Virus record (IMG/VR): IMGVR_UViG_3300037634_008411
Coordinates: 1 to 34,561 of that record
DNA from: a virus
Lineage: Duplodnaviria; Caudoviricetes
Length of the DNA: 34,561 nucleotides
Direction: 5' to 3' (one strand)
Shown: positions 1-10,175 of the stretch, one piece after another
Layout of the letters: each line of letters begins with the position of its first letter
How positions within the stretch are numbered: the first letter of the stretch is position 1
Program-made: the position numbers and the translations under genes
Notes under the pieces: model-generated
What the model was told of the DNA's origin: nothing
The model's database searches: none
Seen by the model: the letters and a program-made list of their open reading frames with translations, nothing else

Positions 1-3000
1 TATCGGCTGAAAACTGTTCAGTATCTACGTCCAAACGATGCTGAAAAGTGGCATTGTTTCTTACGCGCTGGATTCCGACCGAGCCACTGAAAACATATCG
101 GGGGGTGCTTAATTCCCAATCAGGGAATCCCAAACCCAAAGCATTGAGAAATGTAGTTGAAACTGTATCCTCTGTTGTTATAGAACCGCCTTTAATTAAA
201 GTTTTTGCATCGTTCCAAACATGGCCAATGCTTATGTATTCCCCGATTGCTTGATAATTTGTACCCTGAATATTTTTAGTATTATATGAAGTCTTGCGCT
301 CTGATATTATATTAGTGGGCGTATCTTGAAAATATGTTTTGGAGCCGATGCCGGGTGGAAAAATTCTTACTTGCGGGTTTGTCAAATAAAATGTCGGATT
401 TTGACCAGCTACAAGAATCTGCGCGCTGAAATGATAAGGCTCGGCCCTATTTTTAATATTTTGTTCCAGAAGCTGGGAGCCAACGCCCTGAATCATGGGA
501 CTTTTTAATTGATTGTCAGATTTATTAAACGCAATAATAAACGATTTTCCAGATTCTAAACCATAAGGAGAAGTAGAGGATGGTAATTCATCACTCCCCG
601 ACAAAACCGTAATTTCTTTAGGCAAAATCCTATTACCATCTGTGTCTAAAGTGGTGTTTATTTGTTCGAAACTGGCTGTAAGTTCGTGGACGCGCAACCC
701 ATAAGTATTAACATCTCTGTCAAATTTTGTCATGCGGGGCTCGAATTCGCTTATCCCAAAGTTAATTCCATCATTGGGCTCTCCCATCACACCCCAATTA
801 AATGAATGTCGTGCTATGTCACGTCTAGGCTGTTGATCGTCAATCCCGCCAAGTAAGCGATTTTCCACCGTAGCGGTAAATTTTTCAACTTTAGAACGAT
901 CTCTAGCAAAGCCATATTTTCTGTTTAAATCTATCTGATTAACAGCCGTGTTTACTGTAATGTCAGGAGTGACATTAAAAGGATCTCGGTCTTTTTCTTG
1001 AAGACCGATGATGTTTGCATATCCCCTTTCAGCGTCTGCGGGGGTATTTGTTATTTGTTCGAATGCTTCATATTTGCCACGAACTTCATTTCGCGAACGT
1101 CTTTTGGCCAATGGTTTGCCAATATTTGGATATTGAGGTCGTATAACTAAAGGATCTGGAATCCGCTGAAGGCCGATTGAATGATTTATGTTTTCCATTG
1201 AAAAACCCAAATCTAGCGCGCTAAATATCTGAGCGTCTTTCGCTTTTTCTGCAGATGACTTCCCGGCTAAATTAGTCCATGGCGTAACAAGGCTTTGTGT
1301 GTTGACCGTAAGAAAATTATAGCTCTTTCCAATTTCGCACTCACTTGCGCATCCTTGGGCGTTTGGATCTTGTAAGTACGCTTGAGTAGTTGTGCCCAAA
1401 TACTTATAGAGCAAACTATCTGCGAAATTATTTTGATATAAAAAGTTTAATTTGTGTGTGTATTTGTTCCTTTCTAATACGTGATCTTCTATTATTGTTC
1501 GAATTTGATCGGAGGCCGCGGCCGACGCTGGGATTAAATTTATTATCATTGAATCAAGCGCGTTGTCTAAAAATTTATATAAAGAAATGAATTTGTCCAA
1601 CAAGGCGACATCATCAATCTTATCGAACAATAAACGGCGCAAATAATCAAGATTCTTGTAAGAAGGCCTATATTTATTAGCTGGCTCTCCTATAAGATTG
1701 TTAAAAGCAATCACCGAATCAAAATAATGAAGCAAATTACGGGATATTATTTCATACATGCTTGATTCTATTGTCATAAAATGCTTTGTGGGCTGTTTAA
1801 ATCGAATAAATTCAGCATCATCTTGCGCCAATACTTGAACCATGTCTTCCGAATATAAAAGATCGGGTCGTTGGATTCTTCGTGTGGGCAAATATTTTAT
1901 AGTTTTCCACTGATCGGCAAGAATGCCCGGGTTGTCAAAAAAGTAACCTTGGCCATTATAGTTCCGGCCGGTGACATTTCCAATTTCCATCGCTGGATAT
2001 CGATTAACTTGAAGTTGAGAGCCGCTTGTGCTATCATAAAATTGCCACGTGGCCAATGCACCAATCGAAGTATCGTTGGTGTTAAATTCCCAGTTTAAAG
2101 CCAAAGTATCAGTTTCTGGAATGTGAGTCCCCTCATTTGGAGAGACGCCCGTAGTGCTACCAGCGGTAGTCCTCTCATAAATAAAAGCATTGCGAGAAGG
2201 ATCATCACGGCCGAAGTTTAAGGGATCTCTCGCGTGTTTTTTGATTTCGGCATTAGAGATATAATCTTCCCACAACAGAAATCTTGAAACCTGAACGTCG
2301 CTTTGTACTAAAAGAGCGCCAGTCATATTAGTTCTATGGGCACCTAAATAAAATCTTTTATTTGAGCCGGTTAAAAATTGGCCAGCGACGGCATGTGAGA
2401 TTGAAGCCGTCGTTTCAAATTCTGCTAAAGTTTCGCCGAGATGAACTTTCGCGCCATAAAATTCATAAATGAAATTTTGTGAAGCAGTTACGGCACTTGA
2501 AAAAGGATATTGGGCTGGTCTTAAGCGTACAGCCAAATTCCATCGCAAATTATCATACAAAGCATCATTTTCGGTTAAAAACGTTGTTGATGTCAATGTT
2601 GGTAAACTAATATGAGAAGAAGTTAAAACAAAATGGCCACCCACGTTTTCCCTGACCGAGTAAACTTGAAAATCCAGATCTGGCGATGGGAAAGTTGGAT
2701 CAGCATGATCCAAACTCGCGCTGTGAACTCCAAATATGGACGCTGAAACTAACGTTGGAAGAGACGCATAGGTTCCCATATCAGGAGTTTTAGGAAGTAT
2801 TACTTCGGCCTCTGCTGTAAAGGGAACATTTATATTGGAGCTACTGGGATAAAAACCGTACTCCTGACCGGTGCCCGTATACTGTTGAAAGACAACGGCA
2901 TTGCGATTTTCAACGGCGCCAAGGCCTGAAAAATCAACCAAATTTTTCTTTGTATATGACGAAAATGTATTATCTTTTATTTCGTATTCTACTTTATCCC

Positions 3001-4873
3001 CGTATAAGTTAATTTGGAACAAGTCTTCATCTATACCAAAACACCTAAAAAGGTTCCGAAAAGCTTTTTCTGTACCCTTTGATTTATAAATGAAAATCAA
3101 ATTGTTATAAATGTTCTTATAAATCTTATTTTTAAGATCGAAGAGCTTATCACTGAAAACCCTCTTATCGTCCTGATCGAAAATTGTCTTTAAAACTTCA
3201 GAATCGATAAAAAACGCAGAAGTGTCAAACCCCAAAGAGTTTAAGAGTTTAAAGCCCAAGTCGTTCTGTCTATTTTTATTTAAAGAATAACGACTCTCTT
3301 TAATCCTAAGCATTTCAGAAATTTGGCCGCTGATCGTATCAAAATAGCTCCCCATAATCTGCAGCAGATTTTGTAGTTCTAAATTGCTGCCTTGGTCATC
3401 GTCAACAATCCAACGTGGAAGCATATTATACATGGAGGAGTTGTTTGTAAAATCATAATGGCTTCCAGAGGTTTGTAAACGAGTCAAAGCAGAGATATAG
3501 TCTGCATGTGTAGAATACAACACTGGGTCGCCAGCCTCTTTTAAAGCCTTTCCGGATAGCACCATTGCTGAGCCGGCGTTGCGGCAGCCGTCAACATAGC
3601 CAGTGTACACACCATTTGAATCTCTACCAGAATAATCTAATATGGTTGCATCCGTTGTTGCGTTTGCAACGATTCCTTCATTAAATTTAAAATACACCCC
3701 CAAGTCAACTGGGCTGTTGTTGGTGCTGCTTTCATAATAGTATTTGGAGGTGTCAGTGTTTGTGCCGCCAGCTATTGGCCTGAAATAATTAATGCCTATC
3801 TGTTTTGTATCTCTTGCATTTTTCCAAAATCTAAAGTCATCAATAGAGCCGGCCAATTTGCCTCTTGACACCTCTGGCTCTGTGGTGATGGCTGGAGGGT
3901 TGGGCGCAAAGCCGAACAGTTCGCCGCCAGCGGCGGCCAAAGTCCCGACCAAAGAGCCGGTAATTTGATAAGAGCGGCCGACGGCCAAGGCTGCATCTTT
4001 TTGATCGGTACACAAGCCATTGACGTATAACTTAGTCCTAAGACCGGCGCTGCCTGTGCTCATTACAATGGCATAATGGTTCCAACCAGCGCTGCCAAGA
4101 TCAGCAAAGCCCGTATCTAAAGTATTAGTAAAATTGCTGACCATTGCGGCGCCGTCCCACTCTTCCTGAACGACAAAAATGGCGCCGGTATCGCGAGGAA
4201 GGCCGATTGGGGCTCCGCAAGGTGGGGGGCCGGCAGGGTCGGCCCCATTAAGATAAATGAACAATCTTTCTGTATCTTGGTCATTCCTTAAATTAAAAAC
4301 CGATTCAAGCTCTGTATCATTACAATCCTGCCAACCGGCCTTGTTCATCCAAAACTCAATTGTGCTTCCGTGGCCCCACGCATATTCTAAATTATTTTGT
4401 TGGTTTTTATCATCATCGATAACATTCCCTTCGTGGGGGCCGCCGAAAAATCTAACATATTGGGGGGAGTCTGTGGTACCAAAGTTAACCGAGTCTCCTG
4501 CAGAATTAAACGCGCCGACACTAAAATTAATAAAGCCCGTTAGCTTGGGGTATTCGTTATTATAAATGTATTGTTCAAAAGGTGTTAAATTATTATAGAA
4601 CTCAAGTTGCTCGGCGGCAGATCCATCATAAGGATATTGTGTTCGTATTCTTTTAAATGCGTTGTCGTAATATAATTTAGCAGAACCATACTTTACAAAG
4701 TTAGCCGGATCTGAAAAGTCAAGATCAGGGATAAAGCGTTCTTTTTCTTCTAAATATTCTTCAACATATTTTGACGATTCTACATTGGCAATAAAATCTG
4801 ATTGAGATTTTTTATTTAAACCCTTGGCATCTGTATTTTGTTTTTGGTCAAAATATTTTTTGGCACCACTCAT
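1..4873 (-). CDS. Large baseplate wedge (T4 gp7/P2 gpI-like) protein with LamG/ConA-like domains; 3'-truncated by window edge (>1620 aa)
   Basis: Absent from the ORF track, presumably because it has no stop in the window. ATG at 4873 (MSGAKKYFDQ...DFSDPANFVKYGSAKLYY). Spot translations at both ends and internally stay in one open frame. LamG-like motifs TIEFWM, WNHYAIV..KLYVNG, GSIDDFRFWK; wedge-like motif IYNNLIFIYKSKGTEKAFRNLFRCFG; lies downstream of the gp25 and gp6-like genes. Confidence 0.75.
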   Translation of the reverse strand, partial: MSGAKKYFDQKQNTDAKGLNKKSQSDFIANVESSKYVEEYLEEKERFIPDLDFSDPANFVKYGSAKLYYDNAFKRIRTQYPYDGSAAEQLEFYNNLTPFEQYIYNNEYPKLTGFINFSVGAFNSAGDSVNFGTTDSPQYVRFFGGPHEGNVIDDDKNQQNNLEYAWGHGSTIEFWMNKAGWQDCNDTELESVFNLRNDQDTERLFIYLNGADPAGPPPCGAPIGLPRDTGAIFVVQEEWDGAAMVSNFTNTLDTGFADLGSAGWNHYAIVMSTGSAGLRTKLYVNGLCTDQKDAALAVGRSYQITGSLVGTLAAAGGELFGFAPNPPAITTEPEVSRGKLAGSIDDFRFWKNARDTKQIGINYFRPIAGGTNTDTSKYYYESSTNNSPVDLGVYFKFNEGIVANATTDATILDYSGRDSNGVYTGYVDGCRNAGSAMVLSGKALKEAGDPVLYSTHADYISALTRLQTSGSHYDFTNNSSMYNMLPRWIVDDDQGSNLELQNLLQIMGSYFDTISGQISEMLRIKESRYSLNKNRQNDLGFKLLNSLGFDTSAFFIDSEVLKTIFDQDDKRVFSDKLFDLKNKIYKNIYNNLIFIYKSKGTEKAFRNLFRCFGIDEDLFQINLYGDKVEYEIKDNTFSSYTKKNLVDFSGLGAVENRNAVVFQQYTGTGQEYGFYPSSSNINVPFTAEAEVILPKTPDMGTYASLPTLVSASIFGVHSASLDHADPTFPSPDLDFQVYSVRENVGGHFVLTSSHISLPTLTSTTFLTENDALYDNLRWNLAVRLRPAQYPFSSAVTASQNFIYEFYGAKVHLGETLAEFETTASISHAVAGQFLTGSNKRFYLGAHRTNMTGALLVQSDVQVSRFLLWEDYISNAEIKKHARDPLNFGRDDPSRNAFIYERTTAGSTTGVSPNEGTHIPETDTLALNWEFNTNDTSIGALATWQFYDSTSGSQLQVNRYPAMEIGNVTGRNYNGQGYFFDNPGILADQWKTIKYLPTRRIQRPDLLYSEDMVQVLAQDDAEFIRFKQPTKHFMTIESSMYEIISRNLLHYFDSVIAFNNLIGEPANKYRPSYKNLDYLRRLLFDKIDDVALLDKFISLYKFLDNALDSMIINLIPASAAASDQIRTIIEDHVLERNKYTHKLNFLYQNNFADSLLYKYLGTTTQAYLQDPNAQGCASECEIGKSYNFLTVNTQSLVTPWTNLAGKSSAEKAKDAQIFSALDLGFSMENINHSIGLQRIPDPLVIRPQYPNIGKPLAKRRSRNEVRGKYEAFEQITNTPADAERGYANIIGLQEKDRDPFNVTPDITVNTAVNQIDLNRKYGFARDRSKVEKFTATVENRLLGGIDDQQPRRDIARHSFNWGVMGEPNDGINFGISEFEPRMTKFDRDVNTYGLRVHELTASFEQINTTLDTDGNRILPKEITVLSGSDELPSSTSPYGLESGKSFIIAFNKSDNQLKSPMIQGVGSQLLEQNIKNRAEPYHFSAQILVAGQNPTFYLTNPQVRIFPPGIGSKTYFQDTPTNIISERKTSYNTKNIQGTNYQAIGEYISIGHVWNDAKTLIKGGSITTEDTVSTTFLNALGLGFPDWELSTPRYVFSGSVGIQRVRNNATFQHRLDVDTEQFSAD

Positions 4874-4878
4874 GTAGT

Positions 4879-6408
4879 TTATTCCATTTCTTCACGTTCA
4901 ACTCGGAACTTAAATAATTCTTTCTGCTCTCTATACTTACCATCAAACTTAAATATAAATTTGATTCCATATGTAAAATCTTCTTGCAGCATTGACATGT
5001 CTAAATCAAAATAGTTCCCCTGTGTGTCATAGGAGAAAAGGGTGTGCTGTTCGCTTCCTGTGCCGAAAGGAACAACGTCTAAATTATCAGCTACGCGAAG
5101 TATTTTGTAATATGCATCTTCAATAATGCTTGTTTCAATAGCTGTTGATGCCACCGTATAAATAGTTGGAGACCAATTTTTTGGTCTTGCATATAGCCTA
5201 AACCGAACTTTATCATTTTTATTATAGGCCGGCTGCAAATTGGTTATTTTAGAAACATAATTCGGATACAAATCTGAGCATTGCCCACTAAAACAATTAT
5301 TAACGTCAATCGCGCACCCAGTCACATATTGCGTAGAGGCGCTGTGCCAAACTGGGAAGAACGGAGTTACCGCGCTGCTGGTATATGCAAAACTAGCAGA
5401 GTAAACCCCGGCTGAAACCCAGCCTCCAGTAACATTTGTATCGCCAACAGTTGCAACCCCGCCGCCCACTGGAAGTGCCATGACGGTGGTTGAAGGAGCG
5501 CTGTTATCTGAAGAGCCAGAATACACACTCAATAAGATTTTTGAGGTTCCAACACTCGGAATATTTGTCTTCGTGCCTTTAATATAATTATATAAATACA
5601 AAGTGTTTAAATTGTCAGAAGCTGGCGCTAGCGAACTACTTAAACAAAAATTGCCAGCGTCATCTTTAATCGCTGAGTTCCAGCGGGCTTCGATAACAGG
5701 TCTTTTGAAAAAGAATTCGCTACCCCTAGCAAAGAATTTCTTTGTATAAAAACTTTGAGATTCTGCAGCGCTTGTAGGGCTGATGCGGACAATCAGGCCA
5801 TTCGTGCCTTCTAGTTCAGCCGTCCCCAAAATCCAATGTTCAACTAAATTACTTATATCGACCAAAACATCTTTCGCACCATTTTCGCCTATTGCATATG
5901 TGTATTGAAAATTGGTATTGGTGGATATGTCAGCGCCTTCTGAATCCCATGGTTGGCCAAGCGTATTAGAAGACGAGACCCAAGTAGAACCAAAACCACC
6001 AGAACCAGTGCCGGGGTCGAGATACTCATCCATATCAAGCCCATAACCCTCACCCCAGCTTTTAGTAAGAGCGGCAACTTGTATATTATAATCGATTGGA
6101 AGTGTTTGGCCGTGTGCAGCATTATAAAGCTTTAAATAAAAGGCAACGCTGCCGCTTACCGGAATGTTGCCAGCGGTTCTTTGGCTTAAAATGCTACTTT
6201 CTGCCGAGCTAGTAATATTAAAATTAATAATTGCGCGGCTTTCTTCGGTGCTCAGGCCAGCAGAGGAGCTTGTTTGTGCATAAATAGAGAATACTTCTAA
6301 TATGTCAGAAGCGCCCATATTAGAACCGCTAGCGCGTGTGATTAAATTAGATTTAAACGCGTTAGTTATAGTATTATCTTCTGTCGCAAAAAATCTTTTA
6401 ATGCCCAT
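4879..6408 (-). CDS. Virion/baseplate-associated beta-rich protein with DNRLRE/CBM96-like N-terminal domain
   Basis: 509 aa. Pattern DNTI...LKLYN...LTKSWGEG...W...VDISNLVEHW...NGLIVR...KFFARGS...RPVIEARW resembles DNRLRE-type domains; sits within the baseplate module. Confidence 0.5.
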   Translation of the reverse strand: MGIKRFFATEDNTITNAFKSNLITRASGSNMGASDILEVFSIYAQTSSSAGLSTEESRAIINFNITSSAESSILSQRTAGNIPVSGSVAFYLKLYNAAHGQTLPIDYNIQVAALTKSWGEGYGLDMDEYLDPGTGSGGFGSTWVSSSNTLGQPWDSEGADISTNTNFQYTYAIGENGAKDVLVDISNLVEHWILGTAELEGTNGLIVRISPTSAAESQSFYTKKFFARGSEFFFKRPVIEARWNSAIKDDAGNFCLSSSLAPASDNLNTLYLYNYIKGTKTNIPSVGTSKILLSVYSGSSDNSAPSTTVMALPVGGGVATVGDTNVTGGWVSAGVYSASFAYTSSAVTPFFPVWHSASTQYVTGCAIDVNNCFSGQCSDLYPNYVSKITNLQPAYNKNDKVRFRLYARPKNWSPTIYTVASTAIETSIIEDAYYKILRVADNLDVVPFGTGSEQHTLFSYDTQGNYFDLDMSMLQEDFTYGIKFIFKFDGKYREQKELFKFRVEREEME

Positions 6409-8216
6409 TACACTGCCACTCCTACAATATCTACGTTTGGAAACCGAATTTCCAAATTCACATCTTCCGGAACATATAAAAATCTACCATCGGGCGATAG
6501 GTAGCTCGTCATATCAAAAGAAAGGTTGCTCCACGGACTTCCCGTTTTATTAACAATAACAACGTCTCTTGTATCGACTATTTCTGGTATGTCGTTTAAG
6601 AGTTTGTAAATATCTGAAATATAAAATGCTTTCCCCATATAAAGCTTGTTAGAATAGTTGCTTGTAATTTTTCCAATAGCCTTGTTTAAAATCGTCGTTG
6701 TGTCATATCCCAACTTAACAATTACTGAAAACTCAATACCGATATTTACAATCCGACCATCGAGTATGTCGATAGAATCATTAACCATTCGATAATGATT
6801 AAGCCATCTCTTAAGGTTGTCTTTTACTGCCGCCGGCGATTCCGTTAAATGACCCTCGGCGTTCTCTGAAATAACATACAAATTTAAATTTCTTTTAAAA
6901 GAATCTTTATCCTGAACAATGTTGGCGCGCTTGATGGCCCCAAATTGTGGCGACATTCTATAAACCAAGCTCAAATAATCGTTTGCCGTTACAGCGCGAT
7001 TCTGAGTTGCAAAAGCGTCCAAGGCTCGTGTTCTTATGTCTTCAATGGTGGGCATTTCAACTTGGCCGGTCACTTGCTCTTCGTTGTTACACTCAAGAGT
7101 GGTTGAGACCATATTTTTAACGGCTTGGGGAACATCACTATTCTTATAAGCAACGATTGGGCTCGACACCGTGGTGATAGAATTTATAGGCACGTTCACA
7201 TTGTCTGCCGTATTCTGTCTATAGGTAATATATAAATTGCCCGGGGGCGGGACAATGCCGAACTTGTCTGTCTTTAATAAATTGTTGGGATCGAAAGTTT
7301 TATCAGTAAAATAATTTTTAGCATATTTCTGAAGTATAACATTCGAAGGATCGGGGAACTCATCGGCTGCTAAAGAATCCTCAGAACCATAACCAAACTG
7401 CAGCTTTGTAACCCCAGAAGGCTGATATTGTGTTATGAATCTTCTTGGAACTAAGCGTGTGCGTAAAATGTACGGTGCGTCTTGTGTCGTGTTCTGATTG
7501 ATGTTTTTGATGGCCTCAAAAATAATATTTTGCGATAAATATTCCACCTCATAATACTCATTGCCATTAACATCCACAACGGTCATAATTTCTGTAATGT
7601 TTTCACCACTTAGGTTAATTTCTTTAAATTTTTCATACGCGGACACAGTAATAATTTCAGTTGAAACTTTGCCCGAAACAACTTTTCCATAAGCCTTATA
7701 TGCATAGCTTGTGGGTTTTTGGCCATCGGAGGTTCCAACAGTTCTTTGCACAGTGGGGGAAGGAAGCGAAAAATCAATATCCTCCATTAAAATAAAAGTG
7801 GCGCCCGTATCAGAAGTTAAAACAGTTCCTTTTTTTAATATTGGCAAGCTAACAGCCGAAGGGGGGCTGCCAGCATTGTCGCTTTGTGCAGGTACTTCAA
7901 CATAAAGCGCGCAGAGGCCCGACGAAGAAGATGAGCCCGGAAACTTATAGCCCAATTGCTGCGCTAGTTTTACAATGTTTTCTTCTTCAATCGCAGAATC
8001 CAAATAAGATTCATTGGCTTGATAATCGATATAAAAAGAAAGCATATCTCCGATATATGCCACCATGTCAAAGAGCAAAGAGCCGAAAGAGGCCTCATTA
8101 AAGTCTTTATAAGAATCCGGATAATAAATTTTTGCGTAATTCACCAAGTCTCTTTTGATAGTATCAAAATCGCGTGAAGTAAGCTTAATCGGCGGTCTTT
8201 TATCAGTTGTAGACAT
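6408..8216 (-). CDS. Baseplate wedge subunit (T4 gp6 / baseplate J-like)
   Basis: 602 aa. RDFDTIKRDL..Y...YKDFNEASFG..LFDMVAYIGDMLSFY.D.QANESYLDSA...LAQQLGY, LQFG.G and QNRAVTANDY motifs typical of gp6/J. Confidence 0.9.
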   Translation of the reverse strand: MSTTDKRPPIKLTSRDFDTIKRDLVNYAKIYYPDSYKDFNEASFGSLLFDMVAYIGDMLSFYIDYQANESYLDSAIEEENIVKLAQQLGYKFPGSSSSSGLCALYVEVPAQSDNAGSPPSAVSLPILKKGTVLTSDTGATFILMEDIDFSLPSPTVQRTVGTSDGQKPTSYAYKAYGKVVSGKVSTEIITVSAYEKFKEINLSGENITEIMTVVDVNGNEYYEVEYLSQNIIFEAIKNINQNTTQDAPYILRTRLVPRRFITQYQPSGVTKLQFGYGSEDSLAADEFPDPSNVILQKYAKNYFTDKTFDPNNLLKTDKFGIVPPPGNLYITYRQNTADNVNVPINSITTVSSPIVAYKNSDVPQAVKNMVSTTLECNNEEQVTGQVEMPTIEDIRTRALDAFATQNRAVTANDYLSLVYRMSPQFGAIKRANIVQDKDSFKRNLNLYVISENAEGHLTESPAAVKDNLKRWLNHYRMVNDSIDILDGRIVNIGIEFSVIVKLGYDTTTILNKAIGKITSNYSNKLYMGKAFYISDIYKLLNDIPEIVDTRDVVIVNKTGSPWSNLSFDMTSYLSPDGRFLYVPEDVNLEIRFPNVDIVGVAV

Positions 8217-8219
8217 TTC

Positions 8220-8630
8220 TTATGTTCCTGTAGTCCCTATATTTTGATCAAATATTTTTAAATCTAAAGCATCCGCAATCCCAAAATCTGGTACAAAGTA
8301 TTTAATTCTTGTTAACAACGTATTATCAACAAATTTCACACTAACATCTAATATTTGAATAAATGGCAAATATTTTGCAGTCTGAGTATAAATAGCTTCG
8401 TTTATATCTTCTACGACATCAGTAGTTTTATTTTCAAACAAAAATCTAGACAAGCCAACTCCAAAGTTTGAATTCATCACACGCTCACCGGGGTTTGTTA
8501 AAATCAAATTTTTAAAATTTTGTTTAATGGCCTTTTCAGGCTTCGTAAGCATTCCATAAGGCCCAAAGTAATCATCATAAGCCAATGGAAGTTTTACTGC
8601 TATTGATTTGTAATTTCTAGTTTTTGCCAT
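8220..8630 (-). CDS. Baseplate wedge/sheath initiator gp25-like (GPW_gp25)
   Basis: 136 aa. IKQNFKNLILTNPGERVMNSNFGVGLSRFLFE signature. Confidence 0.9.
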   Translation of the reverse strand: MAKTRNYKSIAVKLPLAYDDYFGPYGMLTKPEKAIKQNFKNLILTNPGERVMNSNFGVGLSRFLFENKTTDVVEDINEAIYTQTAKYLPFIQILDVSVKFVDNTLLTRIKYFVPDFGIADALDLKIFDQNIGTTGT

Positions 8631-8639
8631 TTTTTACCC

Positions 8640-10175
8640 CTATACTAAATAGGCTTTAACCGTTTCATAAAGGATTAAATCTGTTATTCTTGTAAAAACA
8701 TCATAATGATAATCTGATCTGTCAGATGTGTCTTCTTTTAGCACAACTGGATTGCACTTTGTTTTTTCCACCTTTTGAGTGCCGCTATAGCATTTGTCCT
8801 TATGATCCTTTGTTGCATGTGAAGCTGAAAATTGAGAAAAGAAAGTGGTTATATCCCCCCTCCACTTATCCCATGACTTTTTTTCGTCATCCGTGAGTGT
8901 TGACCATAGTTCTTCGTATGCACCTTTTTTGCCTTCCTTTACATCTTCATCAGAGGAGGTGGCCAAATTATTAAATATTGTATTGTTCCACGCGAACGGG
9001 TCTTGAAATTTTCCCCCAACTGCAATTGGGCCGATTCCGGGTACATCTATCACAAATTGTTTTTTGTTTGTGTCTTTGAACGTAGGGAGCCCGAATTCTT
9101 CACAATTCAGAAGTACTCTTACCAGCACCGCCTCATCTTCGTCATCAAGTCCCTCGGTAATATCATCCTCTACAGCGCCCAACCAATCGAAGCTCGGATT
9201 CCACCCCTTCGCTATATCAACCACCGCTGGCGTAAACCACTCTTTTAGCACCTGCTCAGAGCCAATGCCGCCGCGTTTACAAATCCAGCACCTTTCGGCA
9301 GGCGTAGCTTTTATAAGCTGCTCAATAAGCGCTTCATAGCTCGTAATCCCATCAATTGCTTTGTATAAAAATTCAAGCAAAAAAGCAAGTGAATTGACCG
9401 AGTCCCACAATGGATTTTTTTTCTCACTAGTCCCAACTTCTTTAAAAATATTGAGAGGGATATATTCAGGCTCACAACACTGATTGCCCTTTTTAGCAAT
9501 TACCAATTCATTTGGCAAATATTTTGTTATGACGCTGGGATAATAAAAATCCATATCAAAAATAGAAGATTCGCAACCTTTATCTTTTGATAAATCACAC
9601 CATTCTAAATTTGTAGTGTAATTAACCCCCGAAGAAAACGCTTGTTGTAAAATTAAATTTAACATATTAACGAAAGCTTCTTGCAAAGCGCCTTCGCCCG
9701 CTTTGGGCCGTACCGGGGTCTTGTCAATATAAAAATATGCGCTTGCTGGAGTGTCTTCATAGCCAAGAGGCAGTTTAGTGCCCTCCTCTAAAATCGCATT
9801 GCTTAAAGTGCCATCATACCACTTAACGTTTATTTGATTTTTATGGATATTTTTAACTATAAATGCGGCAAAACGATAAAAATCTGACATATCAAAAGCG
9901 CCAGATGGTGGTTGTGCTTTTTTATCAGAATATTTAATTTTATAAGAAAATTCAGTCTCTGCCGGGTTTGTACTTTTTAATTCGTCTAAAAACTCTTTGT
10001 ACCAGTCGCATTTAAGAGGATCTTCTTTTTTGATCCCCTTCAACAAATCAATAGCATTTGTATATTTTGCCAAGGTTGGAAGAACTGGGAGGCATTTTTT
10101 AATTAAAAATATGCGTATACGCTCGTTTATAACCCCGAGAAATACTTCTTTTGTATATGGCGCCTGCCCTAACAT
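8640..10175 (-). CDS. Cys-rich hypothetical protein in baseplate module (~511 aa)
   Basis: ORF track starts it at 10196; the ATG at 10175 overlapping the upstream stop (TAATG) is preferred. Shares ERC[WY]ICKR and NCEEFG motifs with the upstream protein. Confidence 0.7.
   Translation of the reverse strand: MLGQAPYTKEVFLGVINERIRIFLIKKCLPVLPTLAKYTNAIDLLKGIKKEDPLKCDWYKEFLDELKSTNPAETEFSYKIKYSDKKAQPPSGAFDMSDFYRFAAFIVKNIHKNQINVKWYDGTLSNAILEEGTKLPLGYEDTPASAYFYIDKTPVRPKAGEGALQEAFVNMLNLILQQAFSSGVNYTTNLEWCDLSKDKGCESSIFDMDFYYPSVITKYLPNELVIAKKGNQCCEPEYIPLNIFKEVGTSEKKNPLWDSVNSLAFLLEFLYKAIDGITSYEALIEQLIKATPAERCWICKRGGIGSEQVLKEWFTPAVVDIAKGWNPSFDWLGAVEDDITEGLDDEDEAVLVRVLLNCEEFGLPTFKDTNKKQFVIDVPGIGPIAVGGKFQDPFAWNNTIFNNLATSSDEDVKEGKKGAYEELWSTLTDDEKKSWDKWRGDITTFFSQFSASHATKDHKDKCYSGTQKVEKTKCNPVVLKEDTSDRSDYHYDVFTRITDLILYETVKAYLV
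8641..8652 (-). promoter_or_regulatory. Candidate phage promoter motif CTATTTAGTATA upstream of the gp25 gene
   Basis: CTATTTAGTATAGGGGTAAAAAATG closely parallels the sequence upstream of the ClpP-like gene. Confidence 0.4.

Noticed and set aside
3796-4020. 74 aa minus-strand ORF and other nested minus ORFs (5889, 9311, 10099, 10903, 21944, 24552)
   Set aside because: Out-of-frame ORFs nested in larger genes.
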